The position numbers were made by a program, and so were the translations under genes. This document shows positions 51,560-64,000 of a stretch of DNA of 64,000 bases, one piece after another (the stretch's first letter is position 1; each line of letters opens with the position of its first letter). The notes under the pieces were generated by a model. The model did no database searches. It was not told where the DNA came from and was given only the letters and a program-made list of their open reading frames with translations. The stretch is from Catajapyx aquilonaris. Lineage: Eukaryota. Where the stretch lies: NCBI GenBank assembly GCA_000934665.2, contig KZ538091.1, positions 62,001-126,000 on the forward strand. The letters are read 5' to 3'.

Positions 51560-52208
51560 ACGCGAGCGATTTAATTACAGCGCGATTTTGGGTCATACGA
51601 CGCCAATAAAAATTATTTACGGAATTGACACGTTGGATATACAGGGCTACTCATCCGTACTTCCCGTGTCCTTCGAGAGGAAGCGACCTTTTTTCATGGG
51701 ACTTCCTGTCGCATTTTTACATTTCATGCCACCAGTCGGCCAACTACGATCCAACCTTTCCTAGCCTATATGGCCATGCTGTAAAAAAAAAAAACGGGCT
51801 AATTGGGCCGTAATACAAAGCCACGTGCGGCATGTTTTCACCCAAAAGCGGGCCTGCATATGCACACAACAATGTCTCTCTGGACCGCGGGGGGGAGGGA
51901 ATAAATTGGGCGCATGTTTGAACCCCCCCCCCCCCTCCACCTCCTCATTTCTCAACAAATTACATTGTTATTACCTTAAATTCCTGGGGGGGATTGCGGA
52001 ATTTGGGCTCAACATATAAATAAACTTGGGGATATGCAAATGAGTTGGAGTAAAAATTTATGCATGCGAATGTGGCTTCTGGTGATGGTTTCAGAAATAT
52101 ATGTAAATCCATGCCACATACAGAGAGAGGATATTCATAAATAACTTATTACGCGCACCGGTTGGTTTCCGCTTAGCTACAGGTATTATAAATAATGGTA
52201 ATATTATA

Positions 52209-52413
52209 CAGGGTGGTGCAGTTCCATTGAAGTTGCATTGGTTTAATGCGGGAGCTCAGGCAACTAAGGTCGCAACGTTGCACGTTTGTAAAGGGGTATC
52301 CGGAGAGAAACTACGCGAAAGCGGAGAGAACGGTTTAAATCACAGTGTTTTCCAGAAAGATTTGCTTGAAGCCACGAATTGTATGAAGGATCACAGTGTG
52401 CATGAACACCCTG
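52209..52413. mobile_element. Putative Tc1/mariner-type MITE relic
   Basis: TA|CAGGGTG...CACCCTG|TA, 205 bp. Confidence 0.45.
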
Positions 52414-54239
52414 TACTTTATTCCTCATGATGTACAATGTACACAAAGTCATCAGCAGATTCGCCGCTCAAGGATTTCAGCTGCTTTGTACTGTCGACTC
52501 GAGCAGTAAATTTCGTGCATAGCCTGCAGTTTTTACAGTTAAAGTTTGGCGCAAAAATAACATTTTATTAAACTGCAGAAATAATGTTCTGTTCCAAGGC
52601 TGGCTTGGATACATTATGAGGTCCATCCAACCAACTTTAGACAGCTCTAATAGCACGCTATGTTGTTTTTGCCCTAATAAACTGTCTTAAAATAGTCCGC
52701 TATTTAGTTCTGCTTATTAAAACACATCGAGTCGAAATTTACTGCAACCTGACCATGGCTTCAGCACACACATTCTATATTTAAAAATTGATTGATTTCA
52801 ATAGCAATTTTTTTTGTAAACACATGCAGTGTATACAGGCACGGTGCAGTAGCGTTAATAATTTCAGATGTTTGCAATATGGTTAATTTTTACTGATAAT
52901 TCCAGCTGTCCTCATTATTAAACATGTACCCTGTTACATACATATGTGACCCCTAAAAATATACGATGAAAAAAAAAAATCTGTACATGTACGACCCTTC
53001 AGAGTCACCTGAAATAATGATATCGAGGGATGCCTGCTAATTACCCATACCATTTACCCCGGGATAAAATAAACCCAATTATCCGCACGTGCGGCGTCCA
53101 AATGCCTCATAACCAATCCGGTGTCACGAGATACCCAACCGCGAGCCAAATTAACAATTGCACCGCACGTAAATTAATTCGTAGCTGATCCACAACCTTC
53201 ATTACTGCCAAAAAAAAAAGTATCCTATTGTATTTTCCCTACTACACCATTTTGACCATTGCGTTGAGGCGTTTAATCCGTTTAATTTGGTTGTGGAAAC
53301 GTTTAAAAAAATACCCACATGCGGCTCTCCCTGAGGGGGACTAGGTTTTTTCACAGGAACCAGTTTCAGCGAACGTGAAGTGACGTCATTTTGCAGTCAC
53401 TCAGGTCGGACAATGACCTCTCTCGAGAAAAAAAAATTTCGTGTGCGCAAAAATTTTCGGTGTAACTATCAGGGGAGAAAAAAAATAGAGCAACATCTGT
53501 CACAATATACACACCTTTAGGGCGTTTACAATGCAAGATAGTGTGGGAGAAGTAGTTTTTGGGAGGCGATGGGATGGGTTTGAGAAGAAGACATTCTTTG
53601 AACGAGTTTCGAAAGCCTCAGGGAGACATACAAGTTCGGTCGCTTCCGGCTGTTGCCTTACAAGGCAAGCACTCACATTGCAGTGCAGAACAGGACGAAC
53701 TTTTGGAGGATGGAAGAAGGAAAAAAAAAAGTGTACAAAACTACTTCGGAATCAAGTTTTGGAGGACTCTACTGTTACATGGCAGTTGAAACTGCAGTGA
53801 GTTATTAGGCTATTACCTGTATTGCAAATGTAGTGATTTTTTTCCCCCCCCCAAAAGGGCAAACTTTTGGAGGTGATTTATATATACAGACGTGGGTTTG
53901 ACATGTTTTTAGAGCACAAAAATTGCTTGCAAGATCAAAGTGATTTCTCGCTGCATATAGGTATTTTTAAATATTCATAAATATGCAAGGAAATTTTGGC
54001 TTCTGTTTTGCTTGGGGTACTGCGAAACCTCTGAGTGGCTCAGTTTTGCAACTTAACAGGTTTCGGATATAGTTTATTAGACACGTTTCACTGTATTTGA
54101 AACCTACAGTATAGTACTGTAATTCCCTAATCTGGTACACCCTACAAAATTAGCACAAAGACTACCCAGCTTGTTAGTGCAGTAAAATTCAGAGCCTATC
54201 ATGCAGCCGCAGTGATATTCGCTGATATATTTTAATTAC

Positions 54240-54318
54240 AAATAATATTCCTTATATATTAAAATAATATTCCTTATATATTAAAATAATATTCCTTATA
54301 TATTAAAATAATATTCCT
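54240..54318. repeat. 22-bp minisatellite (AAAATAATATTCCTTATATATT) x~3.6
   Basis: Perfect tandem copies. Confidence 0.95.
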
Positions 54319-55146
54319 GCAATCAAAAAACTTTGGACCTGGAAAGCTAATATTACAATGTAAGATTAGCTGTTGAAATTATCGTTATCCGCTCACATTA
54401 GCTGCTAACATTTTTGTGTGTATTTATGTTATGAATTTATAATGCAATATATCACAATTAATGCAATTTTGTCCCATCAATATTGGCCAGTATTTGTAAC
54501 ATCCACGCAACAATAGTAACTCGAACTCCCCCGCTAATAGCCCACATATCCCATGTTACACCAAATTCCATCATGTTAGTATTTTGAGTGATATAGACCT
54601 CTCTATAATCATGTTGCCATGCTTGATTTAGTACGATACACAGTACACAGGCTTCATACTTTGCTACATCAAATATGCAGAACCAGTTGCCCCCCGAAGT
54701 ACACGTCAAACTCAAGCTTCATTGAAAAGGCTTCCTGAACTGCAGGCTATGCAGGTGTTTCGAGTAGTTTTTTTTTCTTTCCTATAACCTTTCTCTCTCT
54801 CTCTCCGCCCCCATTTTGTCAGGGCTCAAACCCAGGTGGTGGCCTGGAGGGGGTACCACTTCCGAACCCACGAGGATGCTTCAAAGCTACCAAGACAATT
54901 GCTCTTTTGATCCTTCACAAGTGCCGAAAAAAGGTACCCCCCAACCAGGCCTTCCACCATGTTACATCAGGGGGATTCCCCGCTATGGCGAGCGGGAGAG
55001 TCCCCATGGCGCCCAATTCAAGCTGCAGGTAAAACGCAGCAATAATGGCAAAAGGGGGAAGGGGGCGGATCTACACCGGGCTATTCAAGCTGCATTTCAA
55101 GCTTTGTGAGCAGCTAATGTAAACATGTGAAGGTATGTGAGCATTA

Positions 55147-55404
55147 CAGGGTGTCTCATTCATATTTGAACAAGTCTCTGAGGTTGAATACTGGGCAGTG
55201 GAAAACAACAGATATTTGCAATATGGTTCATGTATTCATGTATTCATGTATAATATTAATAATTATGAAAAAGTCATAAATGCACCTTGTAACGAGCATA
55301 CAGCTACATTTTGTGCAAGAATTTGAAAGGAAATCAGCAGAAGGGGCACGCTGCTTCAGAAATTCTATAGCTGCACATGATCAGTGTTTTTAAGGAACAC
55401 CCTG
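55147..55404. mobile_element. Putative Tc1/mariner-type MITE relic
   Basis: TA|CAGGGTGT...ACACCCTG|TA, 258 bp. Confidence 0.45.
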
Positions 55405-58400
55405 TAGTTTTTGCTGGAGATTCGAGCCTTAGTTTCAGGAGAGGTCACCCGCCCATCTGTTCCAGGTTGGAAACGGTGGGAGACAATAAGTCACGGGTTT
55501 GATTAATGGAAGGATTGCATGACATAGTCAAATTAGCATTTTTGTCCTTTTTGGGGGGGAAAGGGAGGATTGGGGGGGGGGGGGCACAATGTGACTCAAT
55601 ATAGCCGTCCATATTGCACGCCATTCAGGAAAGAAAGATAAAACTGGACGTGTGACTCTCTAGTTGTTGAATTAAAAATTGGGCTTCATTCCTCTACAAT
55701 GTCTACATCGAGACACGTGTATTATACCTAACCACATCAGCACTAAAAGTGTGGGAGAAAGCTACTGACCTATGACCAATCAAGGTATGTAAAATATATG
55801 TAAAAATATGTAGGTTTCGAATTAATAATTATAATCCTGTCTGGGAAATTACAACTCCTTTCGTGATTTGTTATAGCGGTAACATCCGCCCACACTTCCG
55901 TTGCAACAGTGGTTTAATTGCTCTATACTACACGTGATGGTTCCGCCCACTTTTGAAACTCATATCATCTTCATATTTTAAATAAATACAGCGTGTAATA
56001 ATTATACTGCAATATTGTTATATAAAAGTCAGACGCATAATGTTAGTACTCACCCTGCCTGCGATTACACAGCACAACTTCAGGAAATTCCAGCCCCCAA
56101 TAATTATTGAGATTCCATGCAATTCTGTAACGATCTGATGTTATTAAAAATTTAATCCCCCCAGCACAGCAGATGGCAGCGACGCCTAATTACAGCCCGG
56201 GTCGCAATAGCCCCCCCCCCCCCTCCCAACTCAAAACAGAGATATATATTCCTAGTTCCATGGTCCTTATTTATTTAGATCTCTCTCTCCCACAGCACTT
56301 GACTTCCCAGCAGTGTTGGTTTAGCCTTTTCCTTATTGGACGCTCACGAAAATTTTCGATCCTGCCCCTGGCACCTATTCATTTGTCAACCCCCAAAAGC
56401 CTGCAAATATTGCCTGGCCTCATTGTTCGATTCGCCTATTGGAACAACTCTTGACGTAAATTACGCAGAGGCGAGGATGGTACACTGAATAGGAAAAGGG
56501 GACGTCGCCAGACACATACGCGCTGTAATCAAATACAGGGTGATCCAACGTGTAAAGTCACTGAAGAAAACATCAGGGGTCGAAATATTCGGATGCAAAG
56601 AGATGCAATTTGCACTCTCAAAATAATAATCTGCACTCCAAATTGAGTGGAAAGCTTTTTAATATTGCAAAAACCAGTTATTAAAAAATAATTAATCCCT
56701 CCCAGTAATTTGCACCTGGACCAAATAAAATTATGATTCGACTCCTAGAATATGGATGTTTTAAATACCCAATATTTGGACACACAATCCAATTATGAAA
56801 AGCTTCAATATTATCATCATTATATGGTCATTTTTATAACTGATATCGCCCGATAGTAGTTATTTTTTGTACCTTATTGCAGGTTCCCCATTACAGGTCG
56901 AATATATAAGTTTACCAGTTTCTATATATAATTGGTTATGGGCACAAGCTAAAGAAAATAACTACAAGTACTATCAGTTATTTAAAAAAACGGCCCACGA
57001 ATTTGGAACACCCTGAGCCTATAGGCAATGAATAAAAACAATAAAAATAAAATGTAGATTTGTGTTCAAGATCTGGTTGTAATTACTGACATTAATGAAT
57101 AAATGTGCTGCAAATATTATTGGGGGGGAAAATTGGATTTTTGCACGCCATTATTTTTTCATTAGGAGTAGCTGCTACTTTCAACTGCTACTGCCACAAA
57201 CCAGCTACACTTCAGAGTTTCAGGACCACCCTGTATTCTATCGATTCCAACTTTATCGTCGCCTGGTAGGAATTGGATGGGGGAAAGAGGGGGGGATGGG
57301 ACGCATCCTTTTCACAAATGCCCTTCCTCCCCCCTCCCCCTCCTCCCCAAAAAAATGAAAAGCTGCTTTTGAGAACTGCTGAAATGACCCCTAGAGCGCA
57401 CTAGGGGGTAGGTGGGGGTGGGATTAATCAGTTCTAATGGCAGCCTGGGGGCTTTTTCATACCGGGGGCGGCCCCTACGACTAATTCCTTTCNCCCCCCC
57501 CTCCTTCCCACCTTCCGGTTGAATATTGAGTAGAAAGCACTCGGGGAAAATCTGATGGGATTAGAGTTTCTATGACTGCCTTTGCTTCTGGGTCATCCCT
57601 CCGAGTCGTCCACTACTCCAATCCAGAGCGACACTTTGATGACTTGGGGAAAAAAACCCCCCGTAGGTTTTCCTTTCCTACTCACTCTGCTCGAGAGCTT
57701 ACGTTTTCAACTACTGGATCCACTTTCATTTTGACTAACCTATTGCACTTCACGGTTGGGGGTTTTGCATTTCTAGGAGCGAAAGGAGGTTTTTTTTTTT
57801 TTCTTATTCTATATTCTTCCATTTGCAACTCGACGGTCTATCACTTTTACGATAATGTACGCTGAAATTGTAGTTTGTGGGAATTTATGTATTTTACAGG
57901 GGGCGGCGGCTAAAGTTGTGGGAACGAAACTTTGGACAAATTTGAAGCCGAGAGTGCTGCTGATGGCGTCAATTATTAACATATTGTTTCCGGCTAACAA
58001 GGTCAGGCATTAATATTCTGCAATATTAGCATTGCAAGGATATCAAGTGGGCTCTGTGCGCGTGGTATTGCATCCAGCTGACCTATTACATGCAGTGTAG
58101 AAGACACGTCACCAGGTGTAGGATATTAGTAGGCGACTGAAGGGCTATAAAAGGCATATGTTTAATTTTATGGCACGTGAAAGCCACAATGGTACTTTTC
58201 CATTGTGTATAATGACAATAAAATATTCCTTACATTGCTGCTGAACATTGTATGAGCTACTTTAACACCACAAAAAAATTGTTTTAAAATATTCACGTAA
58301 CTTATATTGTCGTACAAAAAATACAAGCCAGAGCTCTTTGATACCGTATTACATTTTAAAGTCAAATGTAGCGACCAACCCAAATTTCGATCCATCACAA

Positions 58401-59089
58401 AAAAAAGCCTACCTGCATGCAAAATGCTGTAGTCGTCATTATACAACCTGCTGATGGGCATGAACTCATTTGTGAGCAATACAAGCAACCTTTGCTTGTC
58501 GGCAAGTCGTAAGTTTCACAATGCAAAATGTATATCGATTACTCGTCCATGCCATAGTTTGTTTAAAAAATTGGCAAGGCACTATGAAAATATTCTCTGC
58601 GAGCATAACAAAACGATAGGTCGGTTTTCAAAAATGAAGTGCACATGCAAAAGCCTGACACGAGCTTGGACCAGTGATGCATTGCCGCTAGCGGATGTTT
58701 CTGATTAATTCTGGTTATGACTATATGACGGACTAACCAATAAACCACCGGATATATATCCAACGAGACTTCAAACACGAGAACATTTTAATCAATTTGA
58801 GGCCCTCCCTACTCTAATTGGCACACTAGTAATCCTCTCGTCGAGTTAATTTCAGTGGGATACCCGTGCAGGTAAATCACTGGCAAATTCCTAGTACACT
58901 CAATAACTAGCAAACCGATAATTGGTTTAGCTGAGTACCGTTTAGTTGACGCAATTACAGATCTATTAATTCGATTCTCGATAACCGAAGCGATATTGGA
59001 GTATATATGGAAGAAAAGGTACACCACTTTGGCCCTTTTTGTCAAATTAGGAGGAATTTTCGGGCGATAATTCGTAAAAAGTCTTGGGA

Positions 59090-59465
59090 CAATTCATTCT
59101 TCAGTTGGACGAAACTTTCGGACAACAAATTCCTTAGTTGGACGGGATTTCCTGATCGCAAATTCCTCAACTGGAAGATTTTTTTTTGACGAAATTTTTG
59201 GGACGGTAATTCTTCAGCTGGAAGAAAATTTTTGATAATAATATATTCCTGAGCTGGACGAAATTTTTTGGACAATGATTTCTCGGACGAAATTTTTGGA
59301 AGAAATTCCTTAGTTGGACAAAACATTTTGGGCAATAATACTTCATCAAGACGAAACTTTCTGGTCGAAAATTCCTCACCTGGACGAAATATTTGGACGT
59401 TAATTTCCTCAGTTGAGCAAATTTTTTGGACGAAATTTCTGTTGGACGTGGTCGAAAATTTTCTG
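59090..59465. repeat. Degenerate ~33-bp tandem array (AATTCCTCAGTTGGACGAAATTTTTTGGAC-like), ~11 units
   Basis: AATTCCT.AG.TGGAC and GACGAAATTTT recur at roughly regular spacing. Confidence 0.8.
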
Positions 59466-61468
59466 ATAAGTACAGAGTAAGTGGACGAATTGTACCTGTC
59501 TTGTAACCTCCAACAGAGCGACGTATCATTCATAGCAATCGGACAGTATCCACGTCACGTCATCGATTTGGTGGGACAAAAAAAATAGAGGTGTACAGAG
59601 TTGAGCGAATGCAGAGCTATGTGCTTGGAAAGCGGAAATATTCGATGGACAATGCCGGAATTTGGCAGCTCGGTATATAACCAGAGAGGGGGGGGGTGGA
59701 TGTGTGATAAAAAGGGACGAAAAGTGGTCATCCGTCTGGACAAATGGACTGCAGAGGTTATTGCATGTCGCTGCTGGTGCACGAGGAGAATACTAAACAG
59801 ACCTTCAACCCCCCCTACTTTTTGCACAACATTTTTTCCCCCTCTCTCATCCTCATCACACAGCACCAAGCTACGAGAAAAAAGGGACAAAAAAGTTGGC
59901 ACAAATTGCACGGGGGTAATGTGATGACTGGTTTTACCCTCCAATTTTCATCCGTATATACCTGGCAGTCATAATCTGCAATAATGGTGCTGGCTGTTAT
60001 ATACTCTGCTTTTACCCGAAATGTTCATCAATATGATGGTGTAATGCAACTGGACTGTGTTTATTGCAATAGTGTGTTCCAACAATTATTGAAGTGGACA
60101 TACTTTTCAGTTTTTCTACACATAATATAGCAATATGTAGGTCATCTGCCGATAATTTGTAGGCAGCCATATAATTGCAATACTCATTACTACAGCACAC
60201 TGTATAGTAATGAGTTGTATACAGGTTCGTATATGCAATAATTAATTACTCGTGGTTGTTTGCAAGAGTCGCAAGTGTGCAAGGTGACCATTTGGGGCGA
60301 CGGAAAATGGGCTAAATATACTAGGAGCTGTACATAGAAGAGGCGTGGGATTGCGATGCAATGAGTAGGAGCCCGACACGAAGGCCGATGCTCAAATACG
60401 GTGTTTTGCACACATATGATTAGCATCGGGACATTGACATTTCATGCTAGGATTTGGACAGCTCCAGCACTTATATTACTGCTGGGGGAAAAAAAATCAC
60501 GCATGGTTCCAAGAAAAAGAGTCAACATTTGCAACAACCTGTCGCAACATAATAAAATAATTAATTTGCAATAAACATTTTTTACTGCACTGATAATTTC
60601 CAAGAATGAATCCAGAAGATCAAGAATGCAGTTTGGTAACATGACCTTCTTCTCAGCAGGTTGAGTCTAGCATCCTGCTCACAAGCTGATAAAAAAAAGT
60701 TATTTCAAAATCGCAGGAGTCAGTTTGCTGTATAATGTGATCGCTAATGCTGAATCAGCAAATTCCAAACTGACAACTAATATTTTTAAAATACTTTAAA
60801 AGCAGCTAAAAAAATATTCATTACAAACTACTCCCTATACATTATATTTAATAAATTTTATGCGCCGATTTGTACATTTATGCGAATTTATGCTATACAA
60901 TATTTATGCCGGACATATTTAACGCACATCCTATAGTACACTAGTCGTCAATAGCATTTGAAAAAAATATTGCAAGGTTAGTGCTATTATTTATATCGAC
61001 ATGACCGCGCATTGTTGATTCGAAGTGACGGAACAAATCGAGCGAAGTATTGCAAAAAATCGCTTCCGCACGTCCGCGAGTTAAAAAGCCGAAGAGTAAT
61101 CACAATCAAATCGATGCCTCCCCGTAAACACAAAATCATCCAAAAATTTTTTTGCCAAACTTAACTCACTTTGTTACTTGAAGTCATATTAAGTAAAACA
61201 GCAAATTTTGCATCAATATAGTCATGTCATATGCATCGCTAAACATCCAGAGCAGACACAACTTCCGTCGCGTCTTGCTAATTAGATACTCGTAATGAAA
61301 ATACTCGGCCGTGGGTTTAACTTATGAGAGTTAACTGGATTAAGTTGTTTCGCTCCCGTAATTCTTGACAAACTTTGACTTACTCAACCCGAAATTTTGC
61401 ACACAAAAAAAATATTGCACGCGAATAATCGACATTTTGTTGCAAACTTTAATAATTGAGATACTTAC

Positions 61469-61712
61469 CTAATATGCAATCCTTATTTTCCAAAACAAAT
61501 AAAAAGTTTTTTTTGGTCACTTCACTTTTTTTTTTCGGGCTTTTCGAAAAATCCACGTCCGCTCTGCAGCTCCGTCGAAGTCTGTCTGGCAGCTCTTGGC
61601 TTGTAGTTGGTTGGTTGCCGCTACGAGTAAGGTCGGGGAGTGGAGGGGGATGGAGTAGGATGGGTGGGGGTGGGTGGAGGGAGTAAAAGTGGGGAGGGTT
61701 GAATCACGTGAC
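61469..61712 (-). promoter_or_regulatory. Candidate non-coding first exon and promoter of the MFSD6-like gene
   Basis: Consensus donor TAG|GTAAGTAT after 61469 (minus strand), a more GC-rich leader, a C-rich tract and E-box GTCACGTGA at 61704-61712. Confidence 0.3.
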
Positions 61713-62170
61713 ACGGTTCTCCTCAGGAAAAATAGGTCTTTCGCGCCTCTGAGGTTAACATTTCTTTTTTTTTGCCCCCGCTTCGGTCTGAGTGTCGGCC
61801 ACACCTGTGGATAAAACTGTGGTGAAACAACCCCGAATATTGCACCTGCCAAAGAAAAAACTATTGGAGAGCTATAAGACACGAGCTGCAAAAAAATTAA
61901 TGAAAATATAGGAAATATTTGCATAATACTTATAAAATAGTTTGTCCGGGCTACCTAACCCACTTTCAGACTACTAAGAGTGCTGACATTTGGCACACCC
62001 ATCTGTGTGCCACTGATTGAGGGAAAATATCGAAAACTGCACTTTTTTTTAGTCTAAGTACTCAAAATTAAGGATTTTTAGTTTATTAAAAAAAGTTTGG
62101 AGTTTCATCTGCGGCGCTTATAGGTTTTACAAACTTATCTCATCGATGCGAAGAACGGGTCCACTGCTAG

Positions 62171-62615
62171 TATCGATAAATAATTATATCAAATAAAAAT
62201 CGATTTTCTACGCACCCAAAAAAGTCATGCCCTAATATTTTGAAAATACGGCTTAGACACACTGCAAAAATAACAAAAATATCGCAAAAATTACAAATTA
62301 CGATATTTATCGCGCATTAATATCGATTGTCTTCAAACTACCCAAAAAACAGTGCCATGATTTTTTTAAATGCGGCTTACACTGTTACACATTGCAAAAA
62401 CAATAAAAATGTCGCAAAAATAAAAATATCGATATGTATAGTGAATAAAAATCGATTTCTTCGCACCCAAAAAAATGCGGTTTAGACACATTGCAATAAT
62501 AGAAAATATCGATGTTTATCGGGCATTAAAATCGATTTTATTCAACCTGCCACCCCCCAAAAAAACGGGTCCTAAATTTTTTTTTTCGTTTGGAAAGTGC
62601 GGCTATGACACATTG
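62171..62615. repeat. Degenerate tandem array, ~100-135-bp units x~4
   Basis: AAAATCGATT..CACCCAAAAAA..TGCGGCT..ACACATTGCAA..AAAATATCG recurs. Confidence 0.7.
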
Positions 62616-63465
62616 TGGCACGCATGGTCTAGCAATGGGAGGGTCCTATCGATTTGAGGGGTGGTTTCACAATTGCACACAGGCTCTCTTGTTTGCACAT
62701 GTTTACTGGTCCGGACTTGTTGCCCTTCGGTCAAAAACACTGAGGCCCAAAATATTGTAAATGACACGGGTTTTCAATAACACAGTTTCGGCCACGCAAA
62801 CCGACCTGCCACGCCAAGAGGATTTGGTTTATTATACATGAAAGTGCATCAATTGGGAAGGAGTTCGTTTTAAAAATGTATACAGTACTTTCTGTAATAA
62901 AATGTGGCATTATTGACAATGTTGGATCGGTAATTACTGTAAGTAGTTCCAGCAATTGCCACGTCTATCATTGTAAATGAATAATATATTGCACAAATGC
63001 AGTTCCCTCGATCAAGTGCACTGCCTTAATTGATATTACTTGTACTTTTTATCCCATGAGCAAGAAATAGTTAAGCAATGTTGAATTAGTCTGTACCAAC
63101 ACTATTTTCAGGAGTGACTATTCCAATCTCCCTGAGTTTTTTTTTCTTTCCGGGTTCCCCCAACCACGTCCATTCCAGTAGTCAAATGGGGCACACCCGT
63201 CCGTCACTCTGTTGTCTCGTTTTCTCGTTCTTCCGTCCGATTGACCACCAATTGACTGACACCACAAACACTGCCCATTTAGTTAGGACTGATAACAACC
63301 GCCGCTGGATAGCTTTTTCGGCAAGGACAAAAAAAAAAGACAGAGAGATTTACAGCAACAATTGGAACCATCTTGCGACCGAAGACAAAGCATACCCATT
63401 ACTGTCATTGTAATGGGGGAAAAAACTGTCCCTATTCTTTGTAATAATTTACGAACGCAAATTTA

Positions 63466-63591
63466 TCTCCCATAGTATAAACGGGAAAGTTTGTTTGTTT
63501 GTCCATGGCTACGGGTTACCATGGTGTCAAAAAACTACGATTGTTGTGCCACGTGGAAAAAGGGCGTGCGAAGAACGGGCTCTGCTGCTAG
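63466..63591 (+). mobile_element. Short Helitron-like element, family D
   Basis: A|TC start, AAAGTTTGTTTGTTTGTCCATG, 3' end GCGTGCGAAGAACGGGCTCTGCTGCTAG. Related pieces at ~7466-7570 and 62147-62170; a similar 3' end lies at 453-481 on the minus strand. Confidence 0.5.
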
Positions 63592-64000
63592 CAATTAATA
63601 AATTGTGAGTTGATATAGCAGTGAGTCACTATAGCTAAGAATATCTCAAAAACATTGGCATTCCAGGAATTGTGACACAATCTTGCAGCTTGTTTAGCGT
63701 GCGCCAGCTTTTGACATGTCCTTGTCATATTTTATCGTTGATTATTTTTTAAACAATTTTTTTTGCGTGCGTCTGCTAAAACCCAGACTTTAAAACCTAG
63801 CTTCAAGGCATGTATATAGGAAGGTCACATTTTCATTCGACCAAAATGTCCTACAATTTTTCGTGGAGGGAAGTTAGTATAGCCTTTGTTTTTTTTGGAG
63901 CCTTATCTCGAAAACCTAAATTCATAATATATTAATATTGCTGCTGGATTATACCTCCCAGCTGAATACGAGCGTCCATAAAGAGACCCTCCATCTCAGT

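Noticed and set aside
59090..59465. CRISPR-like periodicity
   Set aside because: Units are degenerate, the would-be spacers resemble each other, the context is eukaryotic and there are no cas genes.
61461..61470. ATACTTACCT, matching the 5' end of U1 snRNA
   Set aside because: The downstream sequence does not continue as U1; it is the complement of a consensus splice donor.
21406..64000. Many 60-160 aa ORFs in the six-frame track
   Set aside because: No recognisable domains, homopolymer-driven K/F/G/P runs, many non-ATG starts and no phase-compatible exon chains. No transposase or reverse transcriptase recognised.

Overview
Eukaryotic (probably arthropod or other invertebrate) genomic DNA from a draft assembly; N gaps sit beside G/C homopolymers. 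I can support one protein-coding gene, on the minus strand: an MFSD6-family major facilitator transporter most like the Drosophila CG31663 type (recalled from memory, not searched). I rebuilt it by hand as 8 coding exons: 21264-21204, 15364-15045, 10000-9613, 7433-6824, 1408-1242, 1176-1009, 861-682 and 404-331. All introns are GT-AG with consistent phases, giving 1968 nt and 655 aa. The ~43 kb above the start codon has no recognisable coding sequence and may be largely 5'-UTR intron; the best candidate first exon/promoter is near 61.5-61.7 kb. Non-coding DNA holds short non-autonomous elements (two Helitron-like families, CAGGGTG-ended Tc1/mariner-type MITEs, a foldback MITE), palindromes and degenerate tandem arrays. 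I found no convincing new multi-gene system. The best leads are a pre-miRNA-sized intronic hairpin, twin perfect palindromes, repeats carrying TF- and CTCF-like motifs, and acylation, cleavage and sorting signals in the transporter.
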